Origin: a virus
Taxonomy: Duplodnaviria > Caudoviricetes
Length of the DNA: 43,861 bases
Direction: 5' to 3' (one strand)
IMG/VR virus record: IMGVR_UViG_3300032171_000006
Location: 1-43,861 of that record
Made by a program: the position numbers and the translations under genes. The notes beneath the pieces were generated by a model. The model did no database searches and was not told the origin of the DNA. It was given only the letters and a program-made list of their open reading frames with translations. Below are positions 1 to 8,667 of the stretch, in pieces (position 1 is the stretch's first letter; every line of letters starts with the position of its first letter).

Positions 1-55
1 AGGTTAGTCATGAGTAAAAAGAAAGAGTTATTAGAGGAAGCCTTAATAAAGGCTA
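1..55. repeat. Terminal direct repeat, left copy (circular assembly overlap)
   Basis: Bases 1-55 are identical to 43807-43861; 55 bp is a typical assembler k-mer, and the repeat cuts through an RBS and gene start. Confidence 0.95.
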
Positions 56-198
56 TTGTGGCTTGTAATGGGATTATTGATTTATTGAGGGAAAAATTTG
101 GAAAAGAGTTGATGGTTGTTGGAGATATTAAAATAAACAATAAGTTTGAGAAAGGAAGGGATATTTATCTTGTCTTAAATATTGAAGAAATACCCTGA
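10..198 (+). CDS. Hypothetical early protein
   Basis: AGGAGG RBS across the circular junction and a promoter at 43769-43797. Confidence 0.75.
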   Translation: MSKKKELLEEALIKAIVACNGIIDLLREKFGKELMVVGDIKINNKFEKGRDIYLVLNIEEIP

Positions 199-265
199 AT
201 AAACTTTTTTATGTTAATTAGGTGAAATAGGTTAACATAGGTTAAGTAATTACCCGCCGATGAAG

Positions 266-282
266 TGTCTAACCGTTAGACA
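266..282. promoter_or_regulatory. Dispersed palindrome copy 1 (TGTCTAAC-C-GTTAGACA)
   Basis: Perfect 8-bp inverted repeat, recurring at 13283, 28429, 34624 and 38469. Confidence 0.7.
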
Positions 283-288
283 AATGGA

Positions 289-767
289 TGTAGAACCTTG
301 TAGAACAGTGTGGATGGTTTGTAGAACTTCTTACTATTTGTGTAGAACTGTGTAGAACTTCTACGAGCATCATTTATACTCTTCTGTAAAATCTTACTTA
401 ATAAGCAATAAATGACAGGGGTATATAAGTATCTATCTAGATTTAGAGTATTATAAGAGAGAGTTATATATATACTCTTAAGAGAGATATATAGAGACTA
501 GAGTTATAAGAGATATACTAGATAAGTTAATAGAGATAAACAGAGTATATAGCTATATACTTAGATATTAGTCCTAGTTGATATATATATCTCTAGTTAT
601 TAATTAATTATTTATTAATAAATATAATATTAAGGGGTGCGAATGGCGGTCTACAAAGTTCTACAAGATTCTACAAATGTCCATAAAAAATGGTAAAGTT
701 CTACAAAGTTCTACAGGAAATAGGGTTTTTTCTACAAAATGTCTACAAGAGTCTACAAGGTTCTACA
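289..767. repeat. Putative replication origin: inverted iteron arrays around an AT-rich core
   Basis: TGTAGAAC at 289, 299, 320, 341, 351; TCTACA with CTACA starting at 651, 661, 671, 701, 711, 732, 743, 753, 763; about 10-bp phasing; AT-rich non-coding core in between. Confidence 0.7.
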
Positions 768-813
768 CGGTGGGGATAATTTAAGAAATTTTAAAAAAAA
801 TCTTGATGAAGTA

Positions 814-842
814 TTGACAAAGTAATAGTTTGGATGTATATT
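814..842 (+). promoter_or_regulatory. Sigma70-type promoter
   Basis: TTGACA-17 bp-TATATT upstream of GAGGTG RBS and ATG 863. Confidence 0.8.
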
Positions 843-862
843 GTAAACAGAGAGGTGATTTC

Positions 863-1075
863 ATGAGCAACAAGAGGATTGAGCAAGCAATTAGGCTACA
901 AGCAGTTAACGAGGAAATTCGGGGTCATATTTTAGTGGCATGGAAATTGAGTGAGCTACTGGATTTAGAGACTAGTGTAGTTACTGAGCTAGCCGAGGAG
1001 TTGAGACTCAAATTTGCTGAAGCTGATAGTTTATGCGGGATGATAGAGGAAAAACTTAGTGAGCTTAAGGTGTAA
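863..1075 (+). CDS. Hypothetical helical protein
   Basis: ORF with GAGGTG RBS before ATG 863. Confidence 0.7.
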   Translation: MSNKRIEQAIRLQAVNEEIRGHILVAWKLSELLDLETSVVTELAEELRLKFAEADSLCGMIEEKLSELKV

Positions 1076-1086
1076 GAGAGAAGGAA

Positions 1087-1383
1087 ATGTTTAAGAGGTT
1101 TATTTGGTGGTTTAAGAGAAAGAAGTTAGTAGGCGAACTTAATATTTCTGTTGTAGATGATAAACAGGCTAAGGTAGTGTTTTTTATTTTGCGGGCGAGG
1201 AGACCATTTAAGAAAGGGGATAAATATGGGTTCGGTATTGTAAGGGAAGCCATGCCTTATTGTCGTATGTCTAAAGGTGCGTTGGCCAGTTCGGTTCATG
1301 ACGCCTTTAAAGAACATATAATTGGCTTTATTACAGAGATAATTGGCGATTTAGCTAAGAAGGGAGATATGGATGACGACTGA
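1087..1383 (+). CDS. Hypothetical protein
   Basis: ORF with RBS, tightly packed operon. Confidence 0.7.
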   Translation: MFKRFIWWFKRKKLVGELNISVVDDKQAKVVFFILRARRPFKKGDKYGFGIVREAMPYCRMSKGALASSVHDAFKEHIIGFITEIIGDLAKKGDMDDD

Positions 1384-1600
1384 TAAGAATAATGAACAGC
1401 GGAAAGAAGCGGGCAAAGAAGAGAATCCTTATAGCCTAGAATTAAACGACGCCGAATTAGAGTTTATAGAGGATATGTTATTTTTGGTTCGGGATATAAT
1501 TGCTGCCCCGCAAACAAAGAGGCATATTAGGGATATATATCGAGGATTAGTTGAGAAAGTAAAAACAATGAAGCAGAATAGGCGAATAATCCTTGTTTAG
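1373..1600 (+). CDS. Hypothetical protein
   Basis: Overlaps the upstream stop; GGGAG RBS. Confidence 0.65.
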   Translation: MTTDKNNEQRKEAGKEENPYSLELNDAELEFIEDMLFLVRDIIAAPQTKRHIRDIYRGLVEKVKTMKQNRRIILV

Positions 1601-1603
1601 GAG

Positions 1604-2011
1604 ATGAAAATGAATACTGAGACAGCATTAAAAGCTCTGAAGGTTATGTCGGAATTAAGGGTATGCCCGTTTCATTTATTAGAAGAAAGCGAATTGTCGC
1701 AGGATGTTAAAAGCATGATAGAAGAACTAAAGAAAGCGGGGGTAATTAATGAGAAACCACCTAAAATGATTTATAAATGTGATGTTGTTTGCGGGGACAA
1801 AAACAGGAAAGAATGCCGAATGAATACTCATAAGCTGTGTCTTACAGCTATTTATGGTGTATGCGGTGACAAAAAAGGAGGGATGGAAGATTTTTGGGAA
1901 TTATGGGAACGGTATCGTAAAGACCATCCAGAAATCTATAATGAGTTAGACCCTCTTTTTAGGAAACATGGAGTTTATGAAACCAGGGTGACAGAAATTA
2001 AGGAGGGATAA
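1604..2011 (+). CDS. Hypothetical Cys-rich protein
   Basis: ORF in operon, several Cys (CPF, CDVVC, ECR, LCL, VCG). Confidence 0.7.
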   Translation: MKMNTETALKALKVMSELRVCPFHLLEESELSQDVKSMIEELKKAGVINEKPPKMIYKCDVVCGDKNRKECRMNTHKLCLTAIYGVCGDKKGGMEDFWELWERYRKDHPEIYNELDPLFRKHGVYETRVTEIKEG

Positions 2012-2012
2012 C

Positions 2013-2393
2013 ATGTCTAAGATGATTGAGTTAATAGCTACTGGTATGTCGGACTTACTTGATAGAGTAAAAGAGATTGAATATGATAAAATAAGGGGAA
2101 TTGAAAGAGAAATTAAAGAAATTAGTCAGCGGTTAGAAGTTTTAGAAAAAGGATACGAAAAGCTAGCTAACAGAAAAATAAAGATTAGGCTAGATGAACC
2201 TTCTCAGTCAAGTAATATTGTAATTTTGTGTAAATTTGAAGAAATTGGGTTGGGGAAGTTTTTGAGACTAATATTAGATAAATTGGGAGTATATCTTGAT
2301 TTTAAAATAGTCGAAGATAATGACGATGTCAGTTTTGAACTTGAATCTTATCGTTGTGTTCCGATATTGAGAGAGAAGAGGAAAGAAAAATGA
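2013..2393 (+). CDS. Hypothetical coiled-coil protein
   Basis: AGGAGG RBS; heptad-rich N-terminal half. Confidence 0.7.
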   Translation: MSKMIELIATGMSDLLDRVKEIEYDKIRGIEREIKEISQRLEVLEKGYEKLANRKIKIRLDEPSQSSNIVILCKFEEIGLGKFLRLILDKLGVYLDFKIVEDNDDVSFELESYRCVPILREKRKEK

Positions 2394-2548
2394 ATTCAAT
2401 GATTAAACGATTGTTGCTTTCTTTTATTATTAGTGCTGTAGTTGTTGCCTTGTCTGTTTTATTTCCTAAGTGGATGGTTTTAATTATTGGGGTTATAGGT
2501 TTGACAGCCATAATTTATATGGCGTTATGGTTATTAGAGGATGATTAG
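2390..2548 (+). CDS. Small two-TM membrane protein
   Basis: ATGA overlap with the upstream gene; two hydrophobic stretches. Confidence 0.65.
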   Translation: MNSMIKRLLLSFIISAVVVALSVLFPKWMVLIIGVIGLTAIIYMALWLLEDD

Positions 2549-2588
2549 ATTGCTAGTCTAATGCGTTTATTATAAAAGGAGGTAAAAA

Positions 2589-2795
2589 ATGACTGAGCAT
2601 GGGTTTTATGTTGAAAGGTTGGACAATGGTTATGTAGTAAGGTATCCATTTCTTGTGGGTGCATCTAACGAGGGGAAAAAGATTGATGTTAGGTGGATGA
2701 TTAGGCGAGTAATTTGTCCAGACCATGAACGATTGGAATCTCTTCTTAAAGAGGCTATCAAAAATTTAGACGACCTTCATACTCTTCAATCATGA
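2589..2795 (+). CDS. Hypothetical protein
   Basis: AGGAGG RBS; VERLDNGYVV beta motif common in small phage proteins. Confidence 0.7.
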   Translation: MTEHGFYVERLDNGYVVRYPFLVGASNEGKKIDVRWMIRRVICPDHERLESLLKEAIKNLDDLHTLQS

Positions 2796-2926
2796 TTAGG
2801 AAAGCAGTTGCCAACACTGAACTCTGTTACTAGGCCTCCTTATGTCTTCCCTTTTTAGGGAAATAACTCAGGAGTAAGGGGCGTCCTGAAAAACGGATGC
2901 CCCACGCCTCCACTCAGAAAAGAGAG

Positions 2927-3172
2927 ATGAAATCTTTAATAGTTAAAGACAAAAAAATTATGGGAGGTATTCCCGTTATAAAAAATACAAGGATTCCTAT
3001 TTCGTCTATAATTTATCTATTAGCAAGAGGAAAGACACTTGAAGAAATTACTACCCGATATTATCCTTGTTTGGAAAAAGAGATATTAATAATGGCTCTT
3101 AGAGAATATATAAAAGAAGAAAGTGGAAGAAAAAAAAATGAGCAAGAACGAAGAAGAAATTCCGATTTATGA
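2927..3172 (+). CDS. DUF433-family protein (antitoxin-like DNA-binding domain)
   Basis: D-x-x-IMGGIPVIKNTRIPI..I...L..G.T.EEI...YP.L signature of DUF433. Confidence 0.85.
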   Translation: MKSLIVKDKKIMGGIPVIKNTRIPISSIIYLLARGKTLEEITTRYYPCLEKEILIMALREYIKEESGRKKNEQERRRNSDL

Positions 3173-3431
3173 GCCAAGTTATGGTGGTTATATGGACGCA
3201 AGAACGATAAGAATTAAACATCCTTTTAAATTTATTCTTCTTTTACCTCGTCCATGGACATTTAAATTTGAGGAGAAAAAGGAAGGGTCTTGTAACTTTA
3301 AATTTTGGGAAGGTTTAAAGTTATTTTTTAGTTTATTTACTAGTTTACTAAAATTAAGTTTTAAACTCATTTGGAATCAATTGATTGATAAGCAATATAG
3401 AGAGAAAGCATTTGAGGCGTTCGAAGATTAA
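3138..3431 (+). CDS. Hypothetical protein
   Basis: ORF in operon. Confidence 0.6.
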   Translation: MSKNEEEIPIYEPSYGGYMDARTIRIKHPFKFILLLPRPWTFKFEEKKEGSCNFKFWEGLKLFFSLFTSLLKLSFKLIWNQLIDKQYREKAFEAFED

Positions 3432-3585
3432 TGAATATATGTTTAATTAAAATGAACAAAATGTTCAGTTTTCTTGAATATTGATTTGACAAAAATTTGA
3501 CACGCTTTTTATAGATAACTGATTTATTTTAAATAAATTATCCCTTCTTTTAGATTCTTTCTTTTCTTTTACCTAGGATGGCGTA

Positions 3586-3600
3586 TGGTATAATTATAAT
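3586..3600 (+). promoter_or_regulatory. Extended -10 promoter candidate for the structural operon
   Basis: TG-G-TATAAT (3586-3594) followed by a second TATAAT; no good -35. Confidence 0.45.
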
Positions 3601-3623
3601 AGAGAAACGGATGGGGGTCTGTA

Positions 3624-3809
3624 TTGAGTAGTGATGACGAAATTAGAGAGGTTTACGAGGATGATATTATGCGAAAAACCCTATCTGTTTACCGTCGTAA
3701 AGGATTGACGCTGTTTTATAGAGATGGCGATATAAGCGTTCATAGCCTTTGGGAAGGGATAGTAGACGAGGAAGACTTGGAGTTACTTAATATTTTAGGG
3801 GAAGGATAA
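3624..3809 (+). CDS. Hypothetical acidic protein
   Basis: TTG start, TAATG coupling to the next ORF. Confidence 0.5.
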   Translation: MSSDDEIREVYEDDIMRKTLSVYRRKGLTLFYRDGDISVHSLWEGIVDEEDLELLNILGEG

Positions 3810-3937
3810 TGGGCGACTTTATTACTGGTGCGGTCGCCATCCAATTTCGGTTTGTTATCGGAATTGAATGGTTATTTGGTATTTTTGGTTTGTATATTCT
3901 GTATCGTTTATTAAAGCATTTTAGAAAGCGAGGATGA
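3809..3937 (+). CDS. Small membrane protein (42 aa, not in ORF track)
   Basis: MGDFITGAVAIQFRFVIGIEWLFGIFGLYILYRLLKHFRKRG; hydrophobic core with basic tail. Confidence 0.55.
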   Translation: MGDFITGAVAIQFRFVIGIEWLFGIFGLYILYRLLKHFRKRG

Positions 3938-4036
3938 TAACTAGAAACAGGGAAAGTGCCGTCGAAAGACGGAGGGGAGCTAAGGCCAATAATAACGAGC
4001 CTGTGAGGGAAGATGGCCTAAATAGAAAAGAGACCC

Positions 4037-4201
4037 ATGCCTTTTAAATCCAAAGCTCAGCGACGGAAATTTTATCAACTTTACAAGCAAGGAAAAATCT
4101 CTAAGGCCACTCTTATGGAGTGGGAGAGAGCTAGTAAGGGTAAAAAGTTACCCGAAAGGGTAAGACCAAAGAAGAAAACAAAGCGTCGGAGGAAAAAATA
4201 A
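4037..4201 (+). CDS. Small basic protein (54 aa, not in ORF track)
   Basis: MPFKSKAQRRKFYQLYKQGKISKATLMEWERASKGKKLPERVRPKKKTKRRRKK; TAATG coupling. Confidence 0.8.
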   Translation: MPFKSKAQRRKFYQLYKQGKISKATLMEWERASKGKKLPERVRPKKKTKRRRKK

Positions 4202-4401
4202 TGGCTAAGAAATCGTCAAGGAAGTGGATTCAGTCTGCTATTAAACATCCAGGTGCTTTAAGACGACAATTAGGAGTAAAGAAAGGGAAGAAAATCCCTG
4301 TTTCTGAACTCCGAAAAGCTGCCAAATCAAAGGGAAAACTTGGTCGGCGGGCTAGATTAGCCCTTACTTTGCGTAGATTACGCAAAAAACGGTCTAAATA
4401 A
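4201..4401 (+). CDS. Small basic protein
   Basis: WIQSAIKHPGALRRQLGVKKGKKIP motif familiar from environmental phages; very K/R-rich. Confidence 0.8.
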   Translation: MAKKSSRKWIQSAIKHPGALRRQLGVKKGKKIPVSELRKAAKSKGKLGRRARLALTLRRLRKKRSK

Positions 4402-4464
4402 TGCCGATTGGCACTTGGTTCGACAAAAGTCCGAACAAAGACCTCTTTAAAAAGGCGAAAAAAC

Positions 4465-6516
4465 ATGGCAAGAAACGAAAACAACGCCGAAAAAAGGCGA
4501 AAAAAGGCTGACCTCGACCTCGCTAAGACCGATATTATCGGTTTTCGGGGCGGGCAAAGTATAAATTTAGACAAAAAATCCAGAGATGGTGTTACTTTAC
4601 GGGAAAAATTAAGCGATTTTCTGTATTCTTTACTTAAAAAAGAGTTAGAAAACCAAGAATCACGCTTAAAATCCATAAAAAAGTGGCAAAATCTTTATAA
4701 AGGCAAGAAAAAACCGAAAAGTTTTCCATATCCTAACTGTGCTAACCTGGCAATTCCTATTACCAGGTCTAACACCGACGCTATTTTTGTTCGAATTATC
4801 GAAGCTATCTTTGGAAAGCGTAAAGTTTGGATTGTTCGGGCGAAAAAACCACAATATATTGAGTTGGCAAGGGAAATCGAGGAAGCACTTGACCATTTCC
4901 AGCGTCGGGTATTAAAGTTAAAACAAAAACTTCTTTCTCCGTTACTTCAAGCGGTTAAAATAGGTACTGGGATTGTTAAGGTAATTCCAGAAAAGAAAGT
5001 TAAAACCATTTATCGTTATGCGACCCAAGAGGAGATTGAGAATCCACAGATTAAGAAATATAGTCTTCCCAATACGACCAGGAAACTAGTAAAAATCGTT
5101 CAGACTATTTATGAAGGCCCGAACGTATATCCTGTTCCCAGGGAAGATTTTATTATTTCCTCAGATGCTAATGATGTTCAGGAAGCACTTTTAGTTGGTT
5201 TCCGCACTAGGATGCGGTATGCTGAGATAGAGCTTCGGGCAAGACAAGGGATTTATGATGAAAAAGCTATAGAGAACTTAGTTCATCCCGATGAATTTGA
5301 TGATGTTAAAAAGGGTAGAGCGGATTCTCAGGGTAAGGAATTAGAAAAGATTGACCCAGTTAAGGAATTTGATATCTGGGAGCTTTATTTGCGTTATGAT
5401 GTAGATAATGATGGTGAGGAAGATGATATTGTTGTTACTTTTCATTTAGAGAGCAAGACGATTTTACGGGCGATATACAATCCGATGTTTAGCGGATTCC
5501 GCCCGTTAGTTGCTTTTAAGGGTTCACCAATTGAATTTTCTTTCGATGGTGAGGGTGTTTGCGAGATTTTAGAGAAAGTCCAAGAAGAAATAGATGCTAT
5601 CCATAATGCCCGTTTGGATAGATTAGCTCAGATTAATGCTCCGATTGTCTTTTATCGGGCAGGATTAGGGTTGGATAATTTTACTCTTGAACCTGGTAAA
5701 GTTTGGTCAGTAGATGATTTACCAGAGAATGCGATAAAGATTTTTAACTGGCCAGAAATTTATCCTTCTACCGAACGAGAAGAAGATAGATTGGTTATGT
5801 ATGCTGATAGGGCAGTTGGTATTACACCAGCGGTTATGGGTGTTTCCACTGCCGAAAGACCAGTTGCTGCTGAAACAATTATCCTTCGGGAAGAAGCGAA
5901 TAAGAAGTTTAAGAATATCGCCGATAATATTCGAGATGGCATTATTGAGTTGGGTTATTCGCTACTTGAATATTTTGCTCAATATAGCCCGACCTATAGT
6001 TATTCGATTTACGAGGAAGGAAAGTTAATAACTAAGACAGTTAATTTCCCGATAGAGTTTATTAGAGATATATTCGAGATTAGTCTTGAAGCGTCGTCTG
6101 AACTTATTTCACAGGAAATTAGACGACAGATTAATCTAACTGTCTATCAATTACTTAGTGATTATATGACAAAGATAGCTGGCATGGTTCAGGCGGTTGT
6201 ATCGCCACAAGTGCCTAGCGATTTTAAGAGATTCTTACTTAAATCGGCCGAAGTAAGTGCGACGGTAGTCGAGAGGATACTTGAGGATTTTGACCTGAGA
6301 GATGCCGAGAATTTAGTTGTTGACGCAACCAAGACTATTGATACCGAGAAAGCGATTGCGATGTCACCAGATTTACAACCACCGCCACCGCCACCAGGAG
6401 CAGTGCCGATGACGTCAGAGGAGATGCCAATGACACCTGAAGGAATGCCACCGCAAGGGCAACCAATGCCACCGCAGCCACCTATGCCTGAGGAAATGGA
6501 AACAGCAGTAGGATAA
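4465..6516 (+). CDS. Portal (head-tail connector) protein, podovirus type
   Basis: About 680 aa; GTGIVKV, DFII, DVDNDGEEDDIVVTF, G.GVCEILEKVQEEIDAIHNARLD and PGKVW motifs; first large structural gene; start could be as early as 4408. Confidence 0.9.
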   Translation: MARNENNAEKRRKKADLDLAKTDIIGFRGGQSINLDKKSRDGVTLREKLSDFLYSLLKKELENQESRLKSIKKWQNLYKGKKKPKSFPYPNCANLAIPITRSNTDAIFVRIIEAIFGKRKVWIVRAKKPQYIELAREIEEALDHFQRRVLKLKQKLLSPLLQAVKIGTGIVKVIPEKKVKTIYRYATQEEIENPQIKKYSLPNTTRKLVKIVQTIYEGPNVYPVPREDFIISSDANDVQEALLVGFRTRMRYAEIELRARQGIYDEKAIENLVHPDEFDDVKKGRADSQGKELEKIDPVKEFDIWELYLRYDVDNDGEEDDIVVTFHLESKTILRAIYNPMFSGFRPLVAFKGSPIEFSFDGEGVCEILEKVQEEIDAIHNARLDRLAQINAPIVFYRAGLGLDNFTLEPGKVWSVDDLPENAIKIFNWPEIYPSTEREEDRLVMYADRAVGITPAVMGVSTAERPVAAETIILREEANKKFKNIADNIRDGIIELGYSLLEYFAQYSPTYSYSIYEEGKLITKTVNFPIEFIRDIFEISLEASSELISQEIRRQINLTVYQLLSDYMTKIAGMVQAVVSPQVPSDFKRFLLKSAEVSATVVERILEDFDLRDAENLVVDATKTIDTEKAIAMSPDLQPPPPPPGAVPMTSEEMPMTPEGMPPQGQPMPPQPPMPEEMETAVG

Positions 6517-6770
6517 TGAATATAAATAAAACCAGAATCAAGAATGATTTTGAAAAGCTAGAAGAATCATTTTTCTGGCAGGAATATATAAGCAGGATTA
6601 AGCGACTACGACAGATAGCGTCACGCAACTGCGAGACACTAGAAGTTGACCGAGTCCCTTTTTATCAGGGACAGTGTGCGGTTATAGATATGATTTTAAA
6701 ATTACCCGACCAGATATTAAAGGAGATAAAAGAATCCAAGGGGACAACTTCCACTGGAAGCCCCCAATAA
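6516..6770 (+). CDS. Small post-portal protein
   Basis: Conserved position after the portal; YQG.......L.LP motif. Confidence 0.7.
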   Translation: MNINKTRIKNDFEKLEESFFWQEYISRIKRLRQIASRNCETLEVDRVPFYQGQCAVIDMILKLPDQILKEIKESKGTTSTGSPQ

Positions 6771-6786
6771 ATACAGGAGGTAAAAA

Positions 6787-7659
6787 GTGACGGAAGAACA
6801 AAAGGGGATAACAGGAGAGTCGACTGCGACTTCGTCCCAGACGGATGAGCAGTCTTCGACCACTGCCCCCGAACAGCAAGTGGAGACCCCCGAAAAGTAT
6901 CGGGGAAAATCTCCAGAAGAACTGGCATCTATACTCCAGGAACAAGAAAAGCTGATGGGGCGTCAAGCCAAAGAGCTGGGTGACCTTAGGAAGCAAGTCG
7001 AGCAGTTCCAGAGTATGATGGCTCAGTTCGCACCGCAAATAGGTATAGGCCAGCCCCCAATGGGGCAGATGGGATTTGGTATTCAACCTGGCGTGCCTGA
7101 CCAATTCGGCCAGATACCCTACTATGGAGGTGGGGTGGATGGAGCTGAATTACCGCCAGATGAAATCCCGACTGTCCAGGATGTGGATAAGCTGGTCGAA
7201 ATGAAAATTCAGCAGCGGGAAGCTGAACGGATGGCGTGGGAAGAGCAGCGTCGAGTCATGGAAGCCAGTATGTATCTTAACACAGGGCGTGAGAATGCTA
7301 TTAAAAGGAATCCCAAGCTCTATGAGGGCATTGACCAGCAAGTGGCAACGACGATTTATAATTCGTTCTTGTCAGGAGCAATAACTCCGCTTCAGTTGGC
7401 TGACCCTCAGACTTGGGAGAAAACAGCCCTGATGGTAAGAGCAGCTATGGGCGAATATGACTTGAGCAAATATGTAAATCAACCTTCTCCGCCACCTGCT
7501 AGTATTCCCTACACTGAACGACCCCAAACTGTAAAACCATCAGAAGAGAAATCTTCTGCTACGCTGACCGAAGAACAAAAAATGTTCGTTCGGTTGGCTG
7601 GTTTTAATCCTGATGAATTTGCTAAGGAACTGGCGGAGGAGAAAGAAGGAGGGATGTGA
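6787..7659 (+). CDS. Capsid scaffolding protein
   Basis: PEKYRGKS.EEL.....E.EKLMGRQAKELGDLRK motif, acidic and coiled-coil, located between portal and capsid. Confidence 0.8.
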   Translation: MTEEQKGITGESTATSSQTDEQSSTTAPEQQVETPEKYRGKSPEELASILQEQEKLMGRQAKELGDLRKQVEQFQSMMAQFAPQIGIGQPPMGQMGFGIQPGVPDQFGQIPYYGGGVDGAELPPDEIPTVQDVDKLVEMKIQQREAERMAWEEQRRVMEASMYLNTGRENAIKRNPKLYEGIDQQVATTIYNSFLSGAITPLQLADPQTWEKTALMVRAAMGEYDLSKYVNQPSPPPASIPYTERPQTVKPSEEKSSATLTEEQKMFVRLAGFNPDEFAKELAEEKEGGM

Positions 7660-8156
7660 TGCAGATACAACCAGGAACACTCCATTTTTACAAGACTCAT
7701 ATTGTGGATTTAAAACGGTCAGAATGGGATAAGCAGAAATCAGACCCCAAGAAGGGAAAGTTTGTTTTTACAGGCAAAAAGGTCTATGTAAGACAAGACG
7801 ACTACCTTAAGAAGGGGACACGGCATCCATGGCGATTTGAGTGGGTTCAGTATGACCCTCATGGGGGATTCACTGTGCTAAAGACATATCAGTATCAATT
7901 AGGTGCTGATTTTGTCGTAGCTGGTGAAGACCCTTATTGGCCTGAAGGGTTAGAACCTGATGCTGAAGGGCATTATCGCTTTATGGATACTGTGCTGATG
8001 AAAATCCCTCTTGACCGTTGGACAGAAAAGCGGAAGCGGGAAATCGACCGAGCCAATCGAGAAGCTGATAATGTTCGACGGGCATTTGAACGTCGAGTAT
8101 CTGATGGTGATAAACGAGCTGTTATTACTCAAGAAGAACTTTATAAATTAGTCTGA
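7656..8156 (+). CDS. Conserved head-module protein
   Basis: FEWV...G.DFV...DTVLMKIP pattern typical of the gene between scaffold and capsid in environmental podoviruses. Confidence 0.65.
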   Translation: MMQIQPGTLHFYKTHIVDLKRSEWDKQKSDPKKGKFVFTGKKVYVRQDDYLKKGTRHPWRFEWVQYDPHGGFTVLKTYQYQLGADFVVAGEDPYWPEGLEPDAEGHYRFMDTVLMKIPLDRWTEKRKREIDRANREADNVRRAFERRVSDGDKRAVITQEELYKLV

Positions 8157-8224
8157 TTCTTACCTTCCTTCTTTAATCCAAACTCTCTCCGCTAGAAAAA
8201 CTCTTTCTAGGAGGAGAAAAACAA

Positions 8225-8656
8225 ATGGCTACTATTGGTTTTCGTCTGATAAAAGGCCCGAGTGTTATCAATCATCTCCCTGAAGCTGCGTCTCAGTCTT
8301 TTAAGGAAGGCGACCTTGTCCAGATTAGCTCTGGAAAGGTTGCTATTGTAACTTCAGACCAGACTGTCTATGGTGTAGCTCTGAAAGATGCTACTGGAAC
8401 AACTGGTTCTGATATTCCTGTTCTTGTTATTCAACCTGACCAGATTTTTTTGGCTCAGGCTGATACGACTACTGCCACTACTCAGGTTGGTGGTAAATAT
8501 GGTCTGAATATTGGGACAGCAGGGAGCATGAGTGTTGACATCGGGGATACTTCTACTACGACTGTTAGAATTGAAAAACTTGACCCTAGGGATGGAGCTA
8601 AGGCTAATGGTCGAGTTTGGGTAAAATTCGACCCCGATAAGCTCCAGAACCTGTAA
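8225..8656 (+). CDS. Capsid decoration/cement protein
   Basis: F.EGDLV......GVA beta-tulip-like pattern directly upstream of the MCP. Confidence 0.7.
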   Translation: MATIGFRLIKGPSVINHLPEAASQSFKEGDLVQISSGKVAIVTSDQTVYGVALKDATGTTGSDIPVLVIQPDQIFLAQADTTTATTQVGGKYGLNIGTAGSMSVDIGDTSTTTVRIEKLDPRDGAKANGRVWVKFDPDKLQNL

Positions 8657-8667
8657 GGAGGTAAGAA

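Noticed and set aside
1-55. Biological terminal repeat
   Set aside because: Length equals a common assembly k-mer and the repeat interrupts an RBS and gene; it is a circularity artefact
257-290. Second hammerhead (CCGATGA followed by a hairpin)
   Set aside because: No GAAA or stems I/III in the right places; the hairpin is the dispersed DNA palindrome
289-767. CRISPR array or Cas12a-repeat mimic (TTCTAC/GTAGA resembles the Cas12a stem; 328-347 is the closest match)
   Set aside because: Repeats are 6-8 bp with a 10-bp period, there are no spacers or cas operon, and no intact TTTCTACTnnnGTAGAT is present
3453-3467. LexA box (TGAACA-AAA-TGTTCA)
   Set aside because: GAAC-N5-GTTC spacing does not fit the known N4 box; single copy in AT-rich DNA
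3945-4020. Canonical c-di-GMP-I riboswitch
   Set aside because: Lacks the conserved GCAAA junction and P1/P3 consensus; kept only as an unknown structured RNA candidate
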